Positions 8,750-17,871 of a stretch of 61,187 nucleotides of DNA are shown piece after piece; position 1 is the stretch's first letter; each line of letters starts with the position of its first letter. The position numbers and the translations under genes were made by a program. The DNA is taken from positions 1 through 61,187 of IMG/VR virus record IMGVR_UViG_3300021446_000106; one strand, given 5' to 3'. The stretch comes from a virus (lineage: Duplodnaviria; Caudoviricetes). The notes below the pieces were generated by a model that worked only from the letters and a program-made list of their open reading frames with translations, searched no databases and was not told the DNA's origin.

Positions 8750-9271
8750 TTATAGAGACTCCGCAATCGTTTCGACAACATCATCGCGGATACTATCCGT
8801 TAGTTCGTTCGTGACAATATGGTCCATGCAGGCGGCAAGGCTCGTGCTCAGGTAGTCGGTATCGGTAATCGCCCACGGAGAGAGCACCATGTCTTCGGTA
8901 TGCCAGACCACCACTCTCTTATCCAGCGTGGCCGCCGCGTACTCGTGTTCCCGCGGGGTCCCATACATCGGGACGTTATCGCGTAATCCAATGAGGACCA
9001 CATCCGCCGAGTCAATCATGCTCTTATCTGCCTGTACAATGTCCGTTGGCGACAGCACCTCAATATCCTCAGGATAGTCTGAGGGCACTTCGTCGGGCTG
9101 GAGCCATTCTACTTCGGTGCTTGGTGTGTCGTACTTGTCCAGCGGATTTAGGAAGTCAAGTTGGTCAGAATACGCTTCTACTACGTCGTCGCGCCAGTCG
9201 TGGCCACCATTATCAGCGTGCTGGACCGGACCGGCAAGATAGATAGTCGGTGTGTAGTCAGATTCAGTCAT
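8750..9271 (-). CDS. Nucleoside 2-deoxyribosyltransferase-like protein
   Basis: IYLAGP, WR, D..MIDSADVV, GTPRE..YA motifs. Confidence 0.8.
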   Translation of the reverse strand: MTESDYTPTIYLAGPVQHADNGGHDWRDDVVEAYSDQLDFLNPLDKYDTPSTEVEWLQPDEVPSDYPEDIEVLSPTDIVQADKSMIDSADVVLIGLRDNVPMYGTPREHEYAAATLDKRVVVWHTEDMVLSPWAITDTDYLSTSLAACMDHIVTNELTDSIRDDVVETIAESL

Positions 9272-9512
9272 GGATTAGCAATCCTGCAGTACCGCGCTTC
9301 GAGATGTCGTATAATCGGTCAAGGGTGTCGGCTACCGCGAGAAGGTGCTCCGGGTCAGTCGTGCCATACACTTCCGGCGGGTCGTCAAGGCGTTGCATAA
9401 GTTCGGCCTTCCCGCGAATGTCCGCACCCTTCCGGGCCGCCCACTCGCCTCTGCCCACGAAGTCTGTGAGGTACTGTTCGGCTTGCGCCTCAATTTCATT
9501 GATATCATTCAT
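9264..9512 (-). CDS. Hypothetical protein
   Basis: MNDINEIE start overlaps the upstream stop. Confidence 0.6.
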   Translation of the reverse strand: MNDINEIEAQAEQYLTDFVGRGEWAARKGADIRGKAELMQRLDDPPEVYGTTDPEHLLAVADTLDRLYDISKRGTAGLLIHD

Positions 9513-9900
9513 CTGATATGCTTGGTTCGTGTGTCCCGCGACTGGTGCGAGTGCCCGGCATTTTCTCAAGCCCTCTGGAAGAACCCACGCTATCATCCGA
9601 TTCGTCGGCATCGTACTCGATAGAGAGCATTGCTTGTTCGTCGCCGCTAATGACAACGCCGCACTCTTCACAGATTATCTCTCCAATCTGATTGTAGTAG
9701 CCATCGCCGCCACAGTCAGGACACACAGAGGTATGGCATTGAATCGCTCGCAACGTGCCCTGCTTCTCAATGACTACGGCATCGTCATACTCTTCGCCAT
9801 CCAATACATCTTCAATCAGGAGCGAGTCAGCTCTCTGATTTATGAAATCCATTGAGTCAGGGCACATTACTATTGTAGGTTGGTGCTCGTCGTCATTCAT
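9505..9900 (-). CDS. TFIIB-type zinc-ribbon protein
   Basis: CPDCGG...GEIICEECGVVI. Confidence 0.7.
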   Translation of the reverse strand: MNDDEHQPTIVMCPDSMDFINQRADSLLIEDVLDGEEYDDAVVIEKQGTLRAIQCHTSVCPDCGGDGYYNQIGEIICEECGVVISGDEQAMLSIEYDADESDDSVGSSRGLEKMPGTRTSRGTHEPSISDE

Positions 9901-10517
9901 TGTTCTCTTCTTCTATCATTCTGTGACAGTTGGCGCATAGGATATCACATTTCTGTAGTTCGGTAGCTATTTTGTGCCACATCCGGTGGTTATGTTGGCT
10001 TATATCAAAGGTCTTGTTTGTGGGCTCCCTGTGGTGGAAGTCCATCACCCTTGCTGGGTAGTTTTCCCCACACCTTTGACATCCTATATGTTCTTGTATC
10101 TGTCGTAGGCGCTTCTTTTTCTTTAACGAGGATATTCCATCTGGCGTGTGATTCTCTTTTACTCCTGCTTTCTTTTTTCCCTTTGTTGAAGCTACCAAAT
10201 CTAAGCTGGACAAGGCTATGGGAGAATTTTGAGGCCTCGTCAAATTGTTCTTGTGTTATAGCACCCTCTTGGTTTTCTGACACGCGTTGTAGTTCGCTAA
10301 TTATTTCTTCATCGGAAAACTCCTGTTCCGACCCCTGTGGTTTCGTGTCAATGTTAGCCGCTTCTTTGGCTTCATTCCATCCACCAAATGCTGTCCGTAG
10401 CGGTCTAAAGCTTATATTGGCAAGCTCTTTAAAGTCGGAAAGGGATACATTACCAGATGTCTCCCTATCAACCCGCTTCAGCTCATCAATAATCTCATCT
10501 TCTGGAATCGGCTTCAC
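9893..10517 (-). pseudogene. HNH endonuclease with two N-terminal helical repeats; frameshifted near 10173-10178 (real lesion or sequencing error)
   Basis: EII.EL.RV...FG.(W/F)N repeats in one frame and CQRC...DFHH...LCANCH in the +1 frame, joined at GGGAAAAAAG; AT-richer than the flanks. Confidence 0.8.
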
Positions 10518-10524
10518 CAGCTTC

Positions 10525-11697
10525 TTACCCGAATTGAATTGTCTCCGACCAGTGTAGCGCGTGTTCATCGTTCGCCCCATGCACAGCACCTACAGGTCGG
10601 CCAGAGATAGCGTGTGATTCCTCAAACTCTGTTTGGGGGACAAGACTACCACCCATCGTGACAGGCCGCCCATTGATTGATTCTATTTTATATTGGTGAT
10701 AATGGCCCCGAAATGCTACATCGAATTCGTGGTCAATAAGCCAACTTCTCCAGCGAGATTTAGCGGCGTTCGTTCCAATGTGTTCCAGCGAGCTATCGTG
10801 CCCATGCCGGAGGTGCGCGTTCCAGTCACGAATTTGGAAGTCAACATAGTAGCTCCTATCGCTCCGGATAAAGGTCACGTTGTCCATGTTAGACTCCCGA
10901 ACCACGGCATCGAGCATCGAGTACAGGATGTTATCTGCATTGGATGGGTTCCCGCGGCCACCAATTCTGCCGTGGTTCCCCGGCTGACAGACCACCTTTA
11001 CCGACGGGAATTCATCAGAGAGCCGTCGAATGTTCTGGATGTAGACACTTGCCGCCATGTCGATTTGTTCCTCCAGCGTAGCGTCGATTTCGTGTGCTTG
11101 CCCATCATAGATACTTTCGTTCGTGACCATATCTCCACCGAGTAGGAGATTTGCTGTGTCGAACTGGACACCACCGGCCCGTCGCATATCTGCTATCGCA
11201 AGGGCTCGGTAGAATGTTTCGTTGACACGGCTCTCTGCTATATCACTCGTGAACACCTCGTCGCCATGCTGGTTCGTGACATGCTCACCGAAGTGGTCGT
11301 CCGTCCGGTGGATTATCAGGTCTGTCCCACCGCTTCGTTGGGTTGGACCCCCGGACTCAACCGCCGGTTCCGTGTTGGACAGCGCTTCGTGGAGCCCATA
11401 TTCCATTTCCGCAAGAACGCGCTTCGCCTCGCGGGTAATCGACTGTTTCTCGCCCGCCGTTGTTCGGGGGCTTGGCACTGCCGCCGATTCGAGCTCCGGG
11501 GCACCATCCGCCGCGTCGTAGTAGTAGCCGTCATTGTCTTGTTCTATCTGTACTCCTTTTCGACGCAGATTCTCTACGATGTCATACACATAGCTCACAC
11601 TAATGTCCATCACATCGGCCAGCTCCTGCGTCGTCTCCGGCATGAGCTGGTAGGCAGTGAATTCGTTCTCACTAAAGTTATCAGGTATGTCAGGCAT
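10525..11697 (-). CDS. HTH plus metallophosphoesterase (PolD small subunit/Mre11-like fold)
   Basis: N-terminal TTQELADVMDIS HTH; DDHFG, GGD, GNHG, HGH, GHYH. Confidence 0.85.
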   Translation of the reverse strand: MPDIPDNFSENEFTAYQLMPETTQELADVMDISVSYVYDIVENLRRKGVQIEQDNDGYYYDAADGAPELESAAVPSPRTTAGEKQSITREAKRVLAEMEYGLHEALSNTEPAVESGGPTQRSGGTDLIIHRTDDHFGEHVTNQHGDEVFTSDIAESRVNETFYRALAIADMRRAGGVQFDTANLLLGGDMVTNESIYDGQAHEIDATLEEQIDMAASVYIQNIRRLSDEFPSVKVVCQPGNHGRIGGRGNPSNADNILYSMLDAVVRESNMDNVTFIRSDRSYYVDFQIRDWNAHLRHGHDSSLEHIGTNAAKSRWRSWLIDHEFDVAFRGHYHQYKIESINGRPVTMGGSLVPQTEFEESHAISGRPVGAVHGANDEHALHWSETIQFG

Positions 11698-12916
11698 GAT
11701 GTTGTAGATTCGGGTTCTCGTCAAGCACCGACTGACACAGCGCACAGTCGTCATAGCCGCAAAACTCGGGCGCGTTCCGGAGAATGGTCTGAATCGAGAA
11801 GCGGTTGTAGTCTCTCGCAATGACTTCCTGGATACGCCGCCGCGAGTAGTCTTCATCGAACTGTGGCGCGCTGTCGAGGAACGCTATCATGGTTTCTACA
11901 GGAACGTCGTGCTCCACAAGCTCCCGGATGCAGTAGAGTTCCATGTAGTGCGATTGCGCGCCATATTGATACTTGTCGTCTCGTTCGTAGAAGCGCCACA
12001 CACACGGTCGGTCGGCTGTCAGGAATTTGACATCTTCCAAGCTCACGTCATCGTTCGAGTTCTCCTTGTATTCGTCAACACGGCCCCAATCGGTCGTGCT
12101 CCACCCGCTGGTACCGACATGGGTGTGTTCTGTCGCCGTTCTGACATACTGCGTTAGTACCTCATGTACATCCGAGTTCGGGGCGCGTTCCTGCGGGACC
12201 GGCCGTGGCGCACTTGTCAATTCCTCGTACTCATCGACCGTTATCTCAGCAAGTTCCTCAATCGTGACTGGCACACAGAATCTCGGCTCCCCGAACGATT
12301 CCACAGCGCCACCGTGGAGCGTGTTTGGCACTCGACAGAGCCGACTCAAATCCGACGACGTAACGTCAACATAGTCGCTAAACGAGTCGATGCCCGTTTC
12401 GCTGGCAATATGGTCAACCAGCTCTGTCGCGTAATCGTCAAGCCCATGCACGAACTTCGAGAAGCTGGCGTTTTGGTCGAGCGGCGGGAAGTCGAGGAAT
12501 AGATGTACCCCCTTGTGTCCCGACAACGATGCCCGCCACCCCTCTCGGCCAGACTCGTGGATATATTGCGCTACCCGACGGACTCGGACGAGTAGGTGTG
12601 ACAGGTCGCGCCGCCATGCCTCACGATTGCCGCTTCCAGACACGTAGGCGCCACCCTCGAAGTCGAAGTCGATGAACAGCGTGTCAACTTCGGGGATGTT
12701 GTCGTTCTTCGGATGCCCCGATGGAAACGCATACGTGCTAATGAACGGGCTGTTGCCGCTTTGTTCCTCAGCCGTGAATAGATTGCCGATGGTTTCATCA
12801 TGCGAATTGACCCATCGTTGGTGACGGTTTACCCGACGTGGATAGGACGGCGCCCAGACATCAAGCGCATCCTCAACGAGTTGAGCCCGCAAATCTGTTG
12901 CCATGTGTGTGCTCAC
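11690..12916 (-). CDS. Archaeo-eukaryotic primase (PriS-like) with fused C-terminal PriL/PriX-like domain
   Basis: FIDFD, SGHKGVH, RLCRVPNTLH; Cys-containing helical C-terminus. Confidence 0.85.
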   Translation of the reverse strand: MSTHMATDLRAQLVEDALDVWAPSYPRRVNRHQRWVNSHDETIGNLFTAEEQSGNSPFISTYAFPSGHPKNDNIPEVDTLFIDFDFEGGAYVSGSGNREAWRRDLSHLLVRVRRVAQYIHESGREGWRASLSGHKGVHLFLDFPPLDQNASFSKFVHGLDDYATELVDHIASETGIDSFSDYVDVTSSDLSRLCRVPNTLHGGAVESFGEPRFCVPVTIEELAEITVDEYEELTSAPRPVPQERAPNSDVHEVLTQYVRTATEHTHVGTSGWSTTDWGRVDEYKENSNDDVSLEDVKFLTADRPCVWRFYERDDKYQYGAQSHYMELYCIRELVEHDVPVETMIAFLDSAPQFDEDYSRRRIQEVIARDYNRFSIQTILRNAPEFCGYDDCALCQSVLDENPNLQHHA

Positions 12917-14340
12917 GTGAGAGTCCCCTGTGTCTGTCCAGCACTTGCCTCCGACTCGTCAGACTCCGCCTCGTCCTCGAACACTTCCTCGACCGCCGCC
13001 ACACCTTCTTCGACCATGTCGTCAAGCTCGTCGGATTCGAGAATGTCAACGGCCTCACCTGTGGTGGGGTGCGTGGTAATGAGGCCATCGCCTTCACAGA
13101 ACCGCGCGACATACTCGTCGGCAACACCGTCGGGCGCTACCTCGTAGATTTTCTCTTGTGCAGAGGTAACGACATCCGTATAATTAATGCCAGCATCGTG
13201 ATGGATAACCTGCCCGAACTCGTTGAACGTATACTCATTCGGATTGCCTTGGTAGACACGCACATACCCTTTACCGCGCATCGAGTCGAGCGACCGCATC
13301 ACATCATCATCTGCAATGTGGTAGCCTTGTGCACGGAGCGACTGTTGAATCTCCGCCTTCGTGAGATTGCGTTTGGAGTTGTCGAGTAGTTCGAGGATGG
13401 CACGGTCTTCGCGTTTGAGATTGAGCGCCGACATGACCATCTTGTTCCCGACAATCGTCATTGCGTGCCAGATGTCGGTCGGCGTAGCGTACATCCGCTG
13501 GAAACCATCGTACTCGGCAACGGGCCGGTTCACGTAGTTATACAATGCCACCGTCTCCATGAACTCCAGCAACCTGTCGAAGTCCTGTCGCGCTTCGGGG
13601 AACTTCTCTGGAATCGGCTTCTGTTCATGGATGTTGACCGCCGCTGGATTGACAATCTGCGTGTTCGGCTTGCCAGTCCACTTGTCCACCGGAATGGAGC
13701 TGTGGTAGTCCTGAATCTCAGCCTTTCGCATCGTGTCAACACGCCGAGACTTCTGGCCAGCGTGTGCTTCTGCCTTACTTCTGTTGACCCGTTTGGTTTG
13801 CTCCTCCGAGGCGTCTACAGGAAGGAGCAAAGCCCGGTTGCGGAGTTCCGGGTAATCATCGAGATTGACGTTCCGGTTGTCGCTCGCAATGAACGCCACG
13901 ACAGTCTTCGGGCACTTGAGCACCTGTTCGTCTATGGCATCGTCACCGCGTTGCTCTGCGGCAATATCAGTTCGACTGCGCTCAGCATCGCGGCCCTCCC
14001 CGAACGACTTGAGAATCTTTTCGTGATGGTCTTCGAGGCGCGCGAGGTCGGGAAATCGGTGGATAGGATACTGATTAATCTCGTCAGCATTGTAGAACGC
14101 CGCCGTCTCCGAATCGTCAACCGGCCACCGATAAATCATTTCGTCCGAGTTATACACCTGTTCGGCGGCATCGACACACGCATCTTTGCCGCCGCGAGAA
14201 GGGCCTGTCATAACTACGAGTTGACCGCGTAACATGGCCAGTACAAGCGTCAGTACCGTATCGGCCTCGCCAACCAGCCCCTCGTCGCGCGCTATCTGTA
14301 ATGCTTCATAGAATGACGGCGGGTCTACCGCATCACTCAT
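12913..14340 (-). CDS. P-loop ATPase, putative replicative helicase with C-terminal winged helix
   Basis: Walker A GPSRGGKD, ELRNR arginine-finger-like motif; adjacent to primase. Confidence 0.7.
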   Translation of the reverse strand: MSDAVDPPSFYEALQIARDEGLVGEADTVLTLVLAMLRGQLVVMTGPSRGGKDACVDAAEQVYNSDEMIYRWPVDDSETAAFYNADEINQYPIHRFPDLARLEDHHEKILKSFGEGRDAERSRTDIAAEQRGDDAIDEQVLKCPKTVVAFIASDNRNVNLDDYPELRNRALLLPVDASEEQTKRVNRSKAEAHAGQKSRRVDTMRKAEIQDYHSSIPVDKWTGKPNTQIVNPAAVNIHEQKPIPEKFPEARQDFDRLLEFMETVALYNYVNRPVAEYDGFQRMYATPTDIWHAMTIVGNKMVMSALNLKREDRAILELLDNSKRNLTKAEIQQSLRAQGYHIADDDVMRSLDSMRGKGYVRVYQGNPNEYTFNEFGQVIHHDAGINYTDVVTSAQEKIYEVAPDGVADEYVARFCEGDGLITTHPTTGEAVDILESDELDDMVEEGVAAVEEVFEDEAESDESEASAGQTQGTLT

Positions 14341-14563
14341 CGTCCCCGTCGTCGCCTTCCTGTAGTTTCTTCTGCGTTACCCGGCCTGCTATCGACCGCT
14401 CGACCATTTGCTCTGCCCTGTCCGACAGCTCGTCGTAGGCTTCGTCCTCGTCTTCGTCATTCGAGAGTTCCGCATACAGAGTCGCTGTATGGGATATTGG
14501 CTCGAAATCGTCCAATTGCACTTTCCGCTGGTACGAGACTTCGATGGTCTGTATGTCAGGCAT
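14333..14563 (-). CDS. Hypothetical protein
   Basis: Acidic ORF overlapping neighbours. Confidence 0.7.
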   Translation of the reverse strand: MPDIQTIEVSYQRKVQLDDFEPISHTATLYAELSNDEDEDEAYDELSDRAEQMVERSIAGRVTQKKLQEGDDGDDE

Positions 14564-15567
14564 TAGATTACCTCGTTGATAAGTTCCTCACGGCCGCCGA
14601 CATCTTCGAGCATCGACTCGGTGAGGCCATTATCGGTGCTTTCGAGCAGTTCGTCAAGCAGTCCGTCGGCGCGCGCTTCGGTGAGGTTCAGGTTGCGGCC
14701 CGACTGCACGAAGTCTGCCACCGGCTCCGGGTACGCCCCCTCGTCGCGTTCCCGAGCTTCCTCGATGGCGTCACTCTCCGTCAGCCGGTTATTAGGGTTT
14801 ATTTCTTCGCCCGTAGCGAGGTCCTCCAGAATCGGGTCGTGATACGTGTAGCCATTCCCGCTCTCCCGCGTAATCGTCAGGAACCTGACACGTCGGTCTT
14901 CAAGGTCATCGCGCATAATGTCCTCACCCGACGCGTCGGGAAGCCAATTGTATAGGTCATCCTCGTCCTCGACCGCATCGCTCCCGAACACACTGAGCAC
15001 TTCTAAGAGGCTCTTGCTGGACGCTGACGGCCCGTGTTCCTCGCTCCCATTGTACCACGTAATCGTGCTCTCAAGCGTGGGCTTATCGCCGCTCAGGTCC
15101 GTCCAATCGGATACGTCAGTCACCTCGCCGTCTTCAACCTCGACGGTTCGTTCACGACTGGATGCCTCAAGGCGAACGTCTCCGTCAGTGCCGGTTACTT
15201 CGGGAACGCGCGCCGCCACAAGCTCATAGGTCTTGTCATTCCCGGCGTAGTTCTTCGTCTCGACCTCCGGGGCGTCACTGGCGTTGGGCGAGTTCCCGCG
15301 CTCAAGCGATTCCGAAATCGACAGGCCAGCCACGTTCTTCCACGAAAAGAGTTTGTACGCCTCCTTCTCGGGGTCCACATAGAGTGCCCCATCGACAACC
15401 CGCACGTCGGAGAAATTGACGCCAAGCGATTGGCCGAACTCACTGCCCGACCCAAATACGCGGTCAACCGTTGCCTCGACCGTGGTATACGGCGTGAAGC
15501 GGAGTTCGATGTTGTCGTAGGTGGTGCTACTGCCGTCCGTCTCGTATTCTGCGTATCGCTGAGTCAT
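14563..15567 (-). CDS. Hypothetical protein, first gene of the replication operon (possible ssDNA-binding/recombination protein)
   Basis: 334-aa acidic ORF directly after a promoter; function inferred from position only. Confidence 0.7.
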   Translation of the reverse strand: MTQRYAEYETDGSSTTYDNIELRFTPYTTVEATVDRVFGSGSEFGQSLGVNFSDVRVVDGALYVDPEKEAYKLFSWKNVAGLSISESLERGNSPNASDAPEVETKNYAGNDKTYELVAARVPEVTGTDGDVRLEASSRERTVEVEDGEVTDVSDWTDLSGDKPTLESTITWYNGSEEHGPSASSKSLLEVLSVFGSDAVEDEDDLYNWLPDASGEDIMRDDLEDRRVRFLTITRESGNGYTYHDPILEDLATGEEINPNNRLTESDAIEEARERDEGAYPEPVADFVQSGRNLNLTEARADGLLDELLESTDNGLTESMLEDVGGREELINEVI

Positions 15568-15584
15568 AGATAGTGTCCCTGTGT

Positions 15585-15619
15585 TATTGATGTGTGTCTG
15601 TACACCTTTAAGTGTTTCG
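15585..15619 (-). promoter_or_regulatory. BRE/TATA promoter with ACACATCAATA element
   Basis: CGAAA-CA-CTTAAA-N11-ACACATCAATA upstream of ATG 15567. Confidence 0.75.
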
Positions 15620-15832
15620 ATGCACGCCATCCGCTGTCACAAGTACCGCCGTCACGAACGCGATGCCCATGATAGTCACGATACTCATGCAACTGCTATA
15701 CTCTCCCCCTGCCCGGATGGCACAGGCTTGTGGAAAGAAATTTGAAAAGACGATACAGGCTTCGACGGAAGATAGACCATCATAGATACCACAGCTATTC
15801 CCCGCTCAGAGAGCGGGAGGCGCTACCCAGAG

Positions 15833-15903
15833 TGACCCGGCCAGAATCGAACCGGAAAATGCTCACCAGAGCGGGCCAAGCTTCGGTTTACCGCACGGGG
15901 TCA
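15833..15903 (-). ncRNA. tRNA-like element (degenerate)
   Basis: TGACCC/GGGTCA acceptor-like stem and CCGG-TTCGATT-CTGG T-arm; no canonical anticodon arm. Confidence 0.4.
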
Positions 15904-16061
15904 TCGTGTTCGCCCCGTTCGTAACTGTCGTAGCCATGCATATAGAAGCCGCCATTTGTTGCACAAATCATGTGTGCTCCGATTGTATCGACAATCGTGT
16001 AGTCGCCAATCTCTACGACACGGTACGCCTCGTTGCCACATCTCGGACAGGTTTCTGCCAT
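15888..16061 (-). CDS. Small CPxCG zinc-finger protein (57 aa)
   Basis: MAETCPRCG; GGAGG upstream. Confidence 0.6.
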   Translation of the reverse strand: MAETCPRCGNEAYRVVEIGDYTIVDTIGAHMICATNGGFYMHGYDSYERGEHDDPVR

Positions 16062-16082
16062 GGTCTGAATCCTCCGTTACCA

Positions 16083-16120
16083 CAATTCACTCCCTTCATC
16101 CTAAAGAAGGGAGTGAATTG
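16083..16120. repeat. Perfect 15-bp inverted repeat with loop ATCCTAAA
   Basis: CAATTCACTCCCTTC / GAAGGGAGTGAATTG. Confidence 0.95.
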
Positions 16121-16129
16121 GGTAAAGGC

Positions 16130-16375
16130 TCACTCTGACAGGTCAGTAAACTTGACAGCCATCGCTTTGAGTTCCTCGGACGTGATTGTCACTTCGTTAG
16201 TCGAACTCCAGTTAACGTCCCCTTCGGTAATCAGAATCCGGTCGGGCCGTTGCCGCGGTTCGATGTCCAATGCCTCGACCAGCGCCTCAGTAATGCCATC
16301 GACTTCCCACGGTACCCGTTCGGCAGAGATGTGGTGGCCGATAATCCGTTCGTTGGTGTACTTGTCTTGAGTCAT
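16130..16375 (-). CDS. Hypothetical protein
   Basis: Acidic ORF in operon context. Confidence 0.6.
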   Translation of the reverse strand: MTQDKYTNERIIGHHISAERVPWEVDGITEALVEALDIEPRQRPDRILITEGDVNWSSTNEVTITSEELKAMAVKFTDLSE

Positions 16376-16382
16376 GGGTAGT

Positions 16383-16607
16383 CTAATATTCGACAGGGTA
16401 GTCTGGTGTGATGAACCAGACGCGCTTGGTCGTGCCGTGTTCTTTCAGGCTCCCTTCCTGTCCTGTTACGAATCCATCATCTTCGAGCGACTTGAGAGCC
16501 CGATACACTTCGTCGGGCGACCAGATACCACACTCATCGACAATCCGGTCTTTGGTAATCGGCCCTTTCCTATCTACGTAAGCGAGAACTTCGCCTTTGT
16601 CAGCCAT
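16383..16607 (-). CDS. Winged-helix DNA-binding protein
   Basis: ITKDRIVDEC...VYRALKSLEDDGFV pattern. Confidence 0.65.
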   Translation of the reverse strand: MADKGEVLAYVDRKGPITKDRIVDECGIWSPDEVYRALKSLEDDGFVTGQEGSLKEHGTTKRVWFITPDYPVEY

Positions 16608-16785
16608 CTTGTAGTTTACCTTCTGTTTCCGCAGGAACGCGCTCCCAGTAGACGTAAAGCTGGCCGTCCCGAAACTCTATTTTCGTGACCCGTCTCGGGT
16701 CAAATTCGGAGTGGCGGAGCTTCTCCTCTATGTCTATCGTTCTATTCCGCATACTAAATCGCATCGGGTTGTTTAGGTCAGCCAT
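16600..16785 (-). CDS. Hypothetical protein
   Basis: MADLNN start overlaps the upstream gene end. Confidence 0.5.
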   Translation of the reverse strand: MADLNNPMRFSMRNRTIDIEEKLRHSEFDPRRVTKIEFRDGQLYVYWERVPAETEGKLQDG

Positions 16786-17056
16786 TTCTTCGGCACCCGT
16801 AGTGGATTTCCTCGCCGCCCGGTGTTTCGTACACCTCGTTGAGCGCATCCATGCCGTACGCCTTCCTACCATGCCCACACTTGGCACACTCCCACTCGTC
16901 AGACTCCGCCTCGTCATCGTCGCTCTCGGTTGGTTCGGCTGATGGTTCGGTTCGGATGCGGCCACGGTCGAACTGCATGGCTTCACGGACCGCCTCTTTG
17001 CTGTATGGGCCGGTGCTATCGTCGTCGGTATCGTCTTGTGCTTCGCTATTCACCAT
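16778..17056 (-). CDS. Hypothetical zinc-finger protein
   Basis: WECAKCG...HYGC. Confidence 0.55.
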   Translation of the reverse strand: MVNSEAQDDTDDDSTGPYSKEAVREAMQFDRGRIRTEPSAEPTESDDDEAESDEWECAKCGHGRKAYGMDALNEVYETPGGEEIHYGCRRNG

Positions 17057-17216
17057 CGTTTGTAAAGGTAATGTCTCGCTTGTCGTACTTCATGGTACTA
17101 TCCCGAATCGGGTACAGTTCTTTCGATGCACAATGCGGGCAGAACGATGGGGTACTAACTGTCTCAAAGGATGGACACTTGTTGATGCACTCCCATTGCT
17201 GAGTGAAAACTACCAT
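17046..17216 (-). CDS. Small zinc-ribbon protein
   Basis: CINKC...CPHC; first gene after the leftward promoter. Confidence 0.55.
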   Translation of the reverse strand: MVVFTQQWECINKCPSFETVSTPSFCPHCASKELYPIRDSTMKYDKRDITFTNDGE

Positions 17217-17226
17217 TACACTCCCT

Positions 17227-17309
17227 CTACTATTGATGTGTACCCCTATACATTTAAACCTTTCGGTTACCGAAAGACTTAAGTATATGGGGGTACACAT
17301 CAATAGTAG
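17227..17309. promoter_or_regulatory. Divergent promoter pair forming an ~83-bp palindrome
   Basis: 20-bp perfect outer IR, central CTTTCGG-TTA-CCGAAAG; each arm reads CGAAA-NN-YTTAAR-N11-ACACATCAATA. Confidence 0.85.
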
Positions 17310-17421
17310 GGAGGTGTGTTAGGTACCCTAACTATGTTTACAATCTCCCTATCTCTGAACAGACCGGGTTCTTGTAGTACCCTCAATGGGGTTTCCAATA
17401 AGTTAACCAATATAGTATACT

Positions 17422-17871
17422 ATGACCGATGAACAAACTGGACAAGCAACCACGTTGTATCCAACAGACGTAGCCGACGAATCGAAACGAGAGAAATACT
17501 CCCGGTTAGCCCTCGCCAACTCGCTGAACTGGAACGGCAAGTGGCGCGACGAAGAACGGGCCACCATACAGGATAACCGGGCAATTGTCGAAGCGATTGC
17601 GGGCCAGCTCGAATTGACAGACTATCAGCAGGAACGCGCATTGACTGAATTAGAGCGGATTCCGCGGGAACTGCTCGGGGCCTACGAATCAGCGATGCTG
17701 GCACTTTGCCTTTGCGGGCTGATAGCCCGAGAAGATGGACGAGACTATCACCCGAACCACGCCCATCCGAATAGTGACCGCGACTCTACTTTTGTCAACT
17801 TATTTGCAGAAACCAGCGCAACGTACTCACAATTTTACTCTTGCTGGAAGCGGGTGAGTTCCGAGATATGA
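17422..17871 (+). CDS. Putative cyclin-fold (TFB core-like) transcription factor
   Basis: IVEAIAGQLELTDYQQERA...ALCLCGLIARE resembles a TFB cyclin repeat. Confidence 0.45.
   Translation: MTDEQTGQATTLYPTDVADESKREKYSRLALANSLNWNGKWRDEERATIQDNRAIVEAIAGQLELTDYQQERALTELERIPRELLGAYESAMLALCLCGLIAREDGRDYHPNHAHPNSDRDSTFVNLFAETSATYSQFYSCWKRVSSEI

Noticed and set aside
10170-10185. Programmed -1 frameshift at GGGAAAA in the HNH gene
   Set aside because: Joining the domains needs a +1 shift; a homopolymer indel is the simpler explanation
15833-15903. Functional tRNA gene
   Set aside because: No 5-bp anticodon stem with 7-nt loop, and mismatches at the acceptor/T-stem junction; kept only as tRNA-like
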